From NCBI RefSeq assembly GCF_006345805.1, contig NC_042998.1, positions 140,926,001 through 140,990,000 of the forward strand: a stretch of 64,000 bases of DNA, given 5' to 3'. The stretch comes from Octopus sinensis (lineage: Eukaryota). The translations under genes and the position numbers were made by a program. Positions 62,856 to 64,000 of this stretch are shown here, in pieces (within the stretch, counting starts at the first letter, position 1; the number at the start of each line of letters is the position of its first letter). A model generated the notes under the pieces. That model was given only the letters and a program-made list of their open reading frames with translations, was not told the DNA's origin and made no database searches.

Positions 62856-64000
62856 CGCGACGTTCAATAAGTAATGCCCCTGACCCATTTGCAGTTGTTT
62901 GATCTAGCTGAAATTTTGCATGTGCAATCATTTATATCTCTATAGAGTAAGTGACAAATTACAGCTCTGAACTAATTGCGGTTTCTGATTTACAGGTGTT
63001 TGAACTGAGTCAAGTGTGAAATGGAGCCTGTTGAGTGTCGAGCAGTGATCCGGTTTTTGTATTTGAAAGGACGCACACCACGGGAGACTTTTGATGAAAT
63101 GAAAGTAACTTATGGTGATGATGCCCCATCATATGACCTTGTAAAACGCTGGCATCGTGAATTCAAACATGGTTGGAACTCTGTGGAAACAGCTCCCAGA
63201 TCTGGTCGCCCCGCTTCTGCCATTGATGAGGCATCTGTCTGTCAAGTTGAGGCTGCCATTTTGGAAGATCGACGCATAATTATTCGCCAAATAGCCCATG
63301 AGGTCAAGATTAGTACCGGGTCTGTACAAACTATCATTCATGCCCATTTGCATATGCAAAAGGTGTCTGCCAGATGGATTCCCAGGTTGCTCACACCTTT
63401 CCAGAAGCAAGAATGCGTCGAGTGCTCGAGGATGAATTTGGAGATGTGCCAAGAAGATGAGTCAAATTTTTCAAAAGACTGATTACAAAGATGAAACCTG
63501 GGCCCATCACGATGATCCAGAGACCAAAGCCCAGTCAATGCAGTGGAAGCACCGTGACTCACCCCTTCCAAAGAAGGCAAGGGTGCAGCCCTCCGCTGGC
63601 AAGGTCATGCTCACAGTCTTCTGAGACCAGGACGGAGTAGTGATGACAGATTTCCTGGCAAAGGGTACCACAATTACAGGAGCCTATTATGCTTCACTTT
63701 TGAGGAAATTAAGAGAAGTTATCAAAATCAAGAGGCGGGGCAAGATCAGCAAAGGCATCCTCCTCCTGCAGAACAACGCTCCGGTCCACAACTCGCTTGT
63801 CGCCAGATCAGAAGCACAGGCGTATGGCTATGAACTCCTCCCCCATCCCCCCTACTCTCCTGACCTTGCACCCTCTGATTTTCACCTCTTCCCAGTCATG
63901 AAGTTGTTTTTGAAAGGAAAGCGTTTTCCAGATGATGCAGCCTTGATTTCTGAAGGCACGTTGAGGTTGGAGGACCAAGCTGGGTTCTTCTACAAAAACG
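62856..64000 (+). mobile_element. Relatively young mariner (DD34D), running off the window end
   Basis: TA then cgcgacgttcaataagtaatgcccc; ORF from 63021 MEPVECRAVIRFLYLKG...WIPRLLT; DETW; frameshift near 63470; VF*D stop; LLQNNAP; HPPYSPDLAPSDFHLF. Confidence 0.93.

Overview
AT-rich eukaryotic genomic DNA with no host protein-coding exon that I can support. The repeat families and extreme microsatellite density suggest a cephalopod, probably an octopus (inference from family appearance, not verified). It is probably intergenic or deep intronic. Nearly all ORF-track ORFs are microsatellite artefacts or antisense to transposons. Real coding content is transposon-derived: a nearly full-length Penelope-like retroelement (PLE; RT with YLDD, Cys linker, GIY-YIG; 32218-36567, minus), five Tc1/mariner relics, a Tigger/pogo relic, CR1, Tx1/L1 and RTE LINE fragments, three R4/Dong-like RLE retroposons in TAA repeats, a Helitron helicase fragment and three non-autonomous Helitrons. 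There are also about 35 tRNA-headed SINE copies in three families and one 5S rRNA-derived sequence. The most interesting pattern is a PLE-centred system. Five minimal type I hammerhead-ribozyme-like motifs are present, several with non-canonical cores, including a U3-A8 compensated core in the full PLE. Three long near-perfect palindromes are also present. All sit in or next to (TA)n/(CA)n tracts. In four independent cases that tract is the internal microsatellite of one bipartite SINE family, which appears to act as a mobile landing pad. A 5S-headed SINE3 candidate shares the 3' tail of that SINE.
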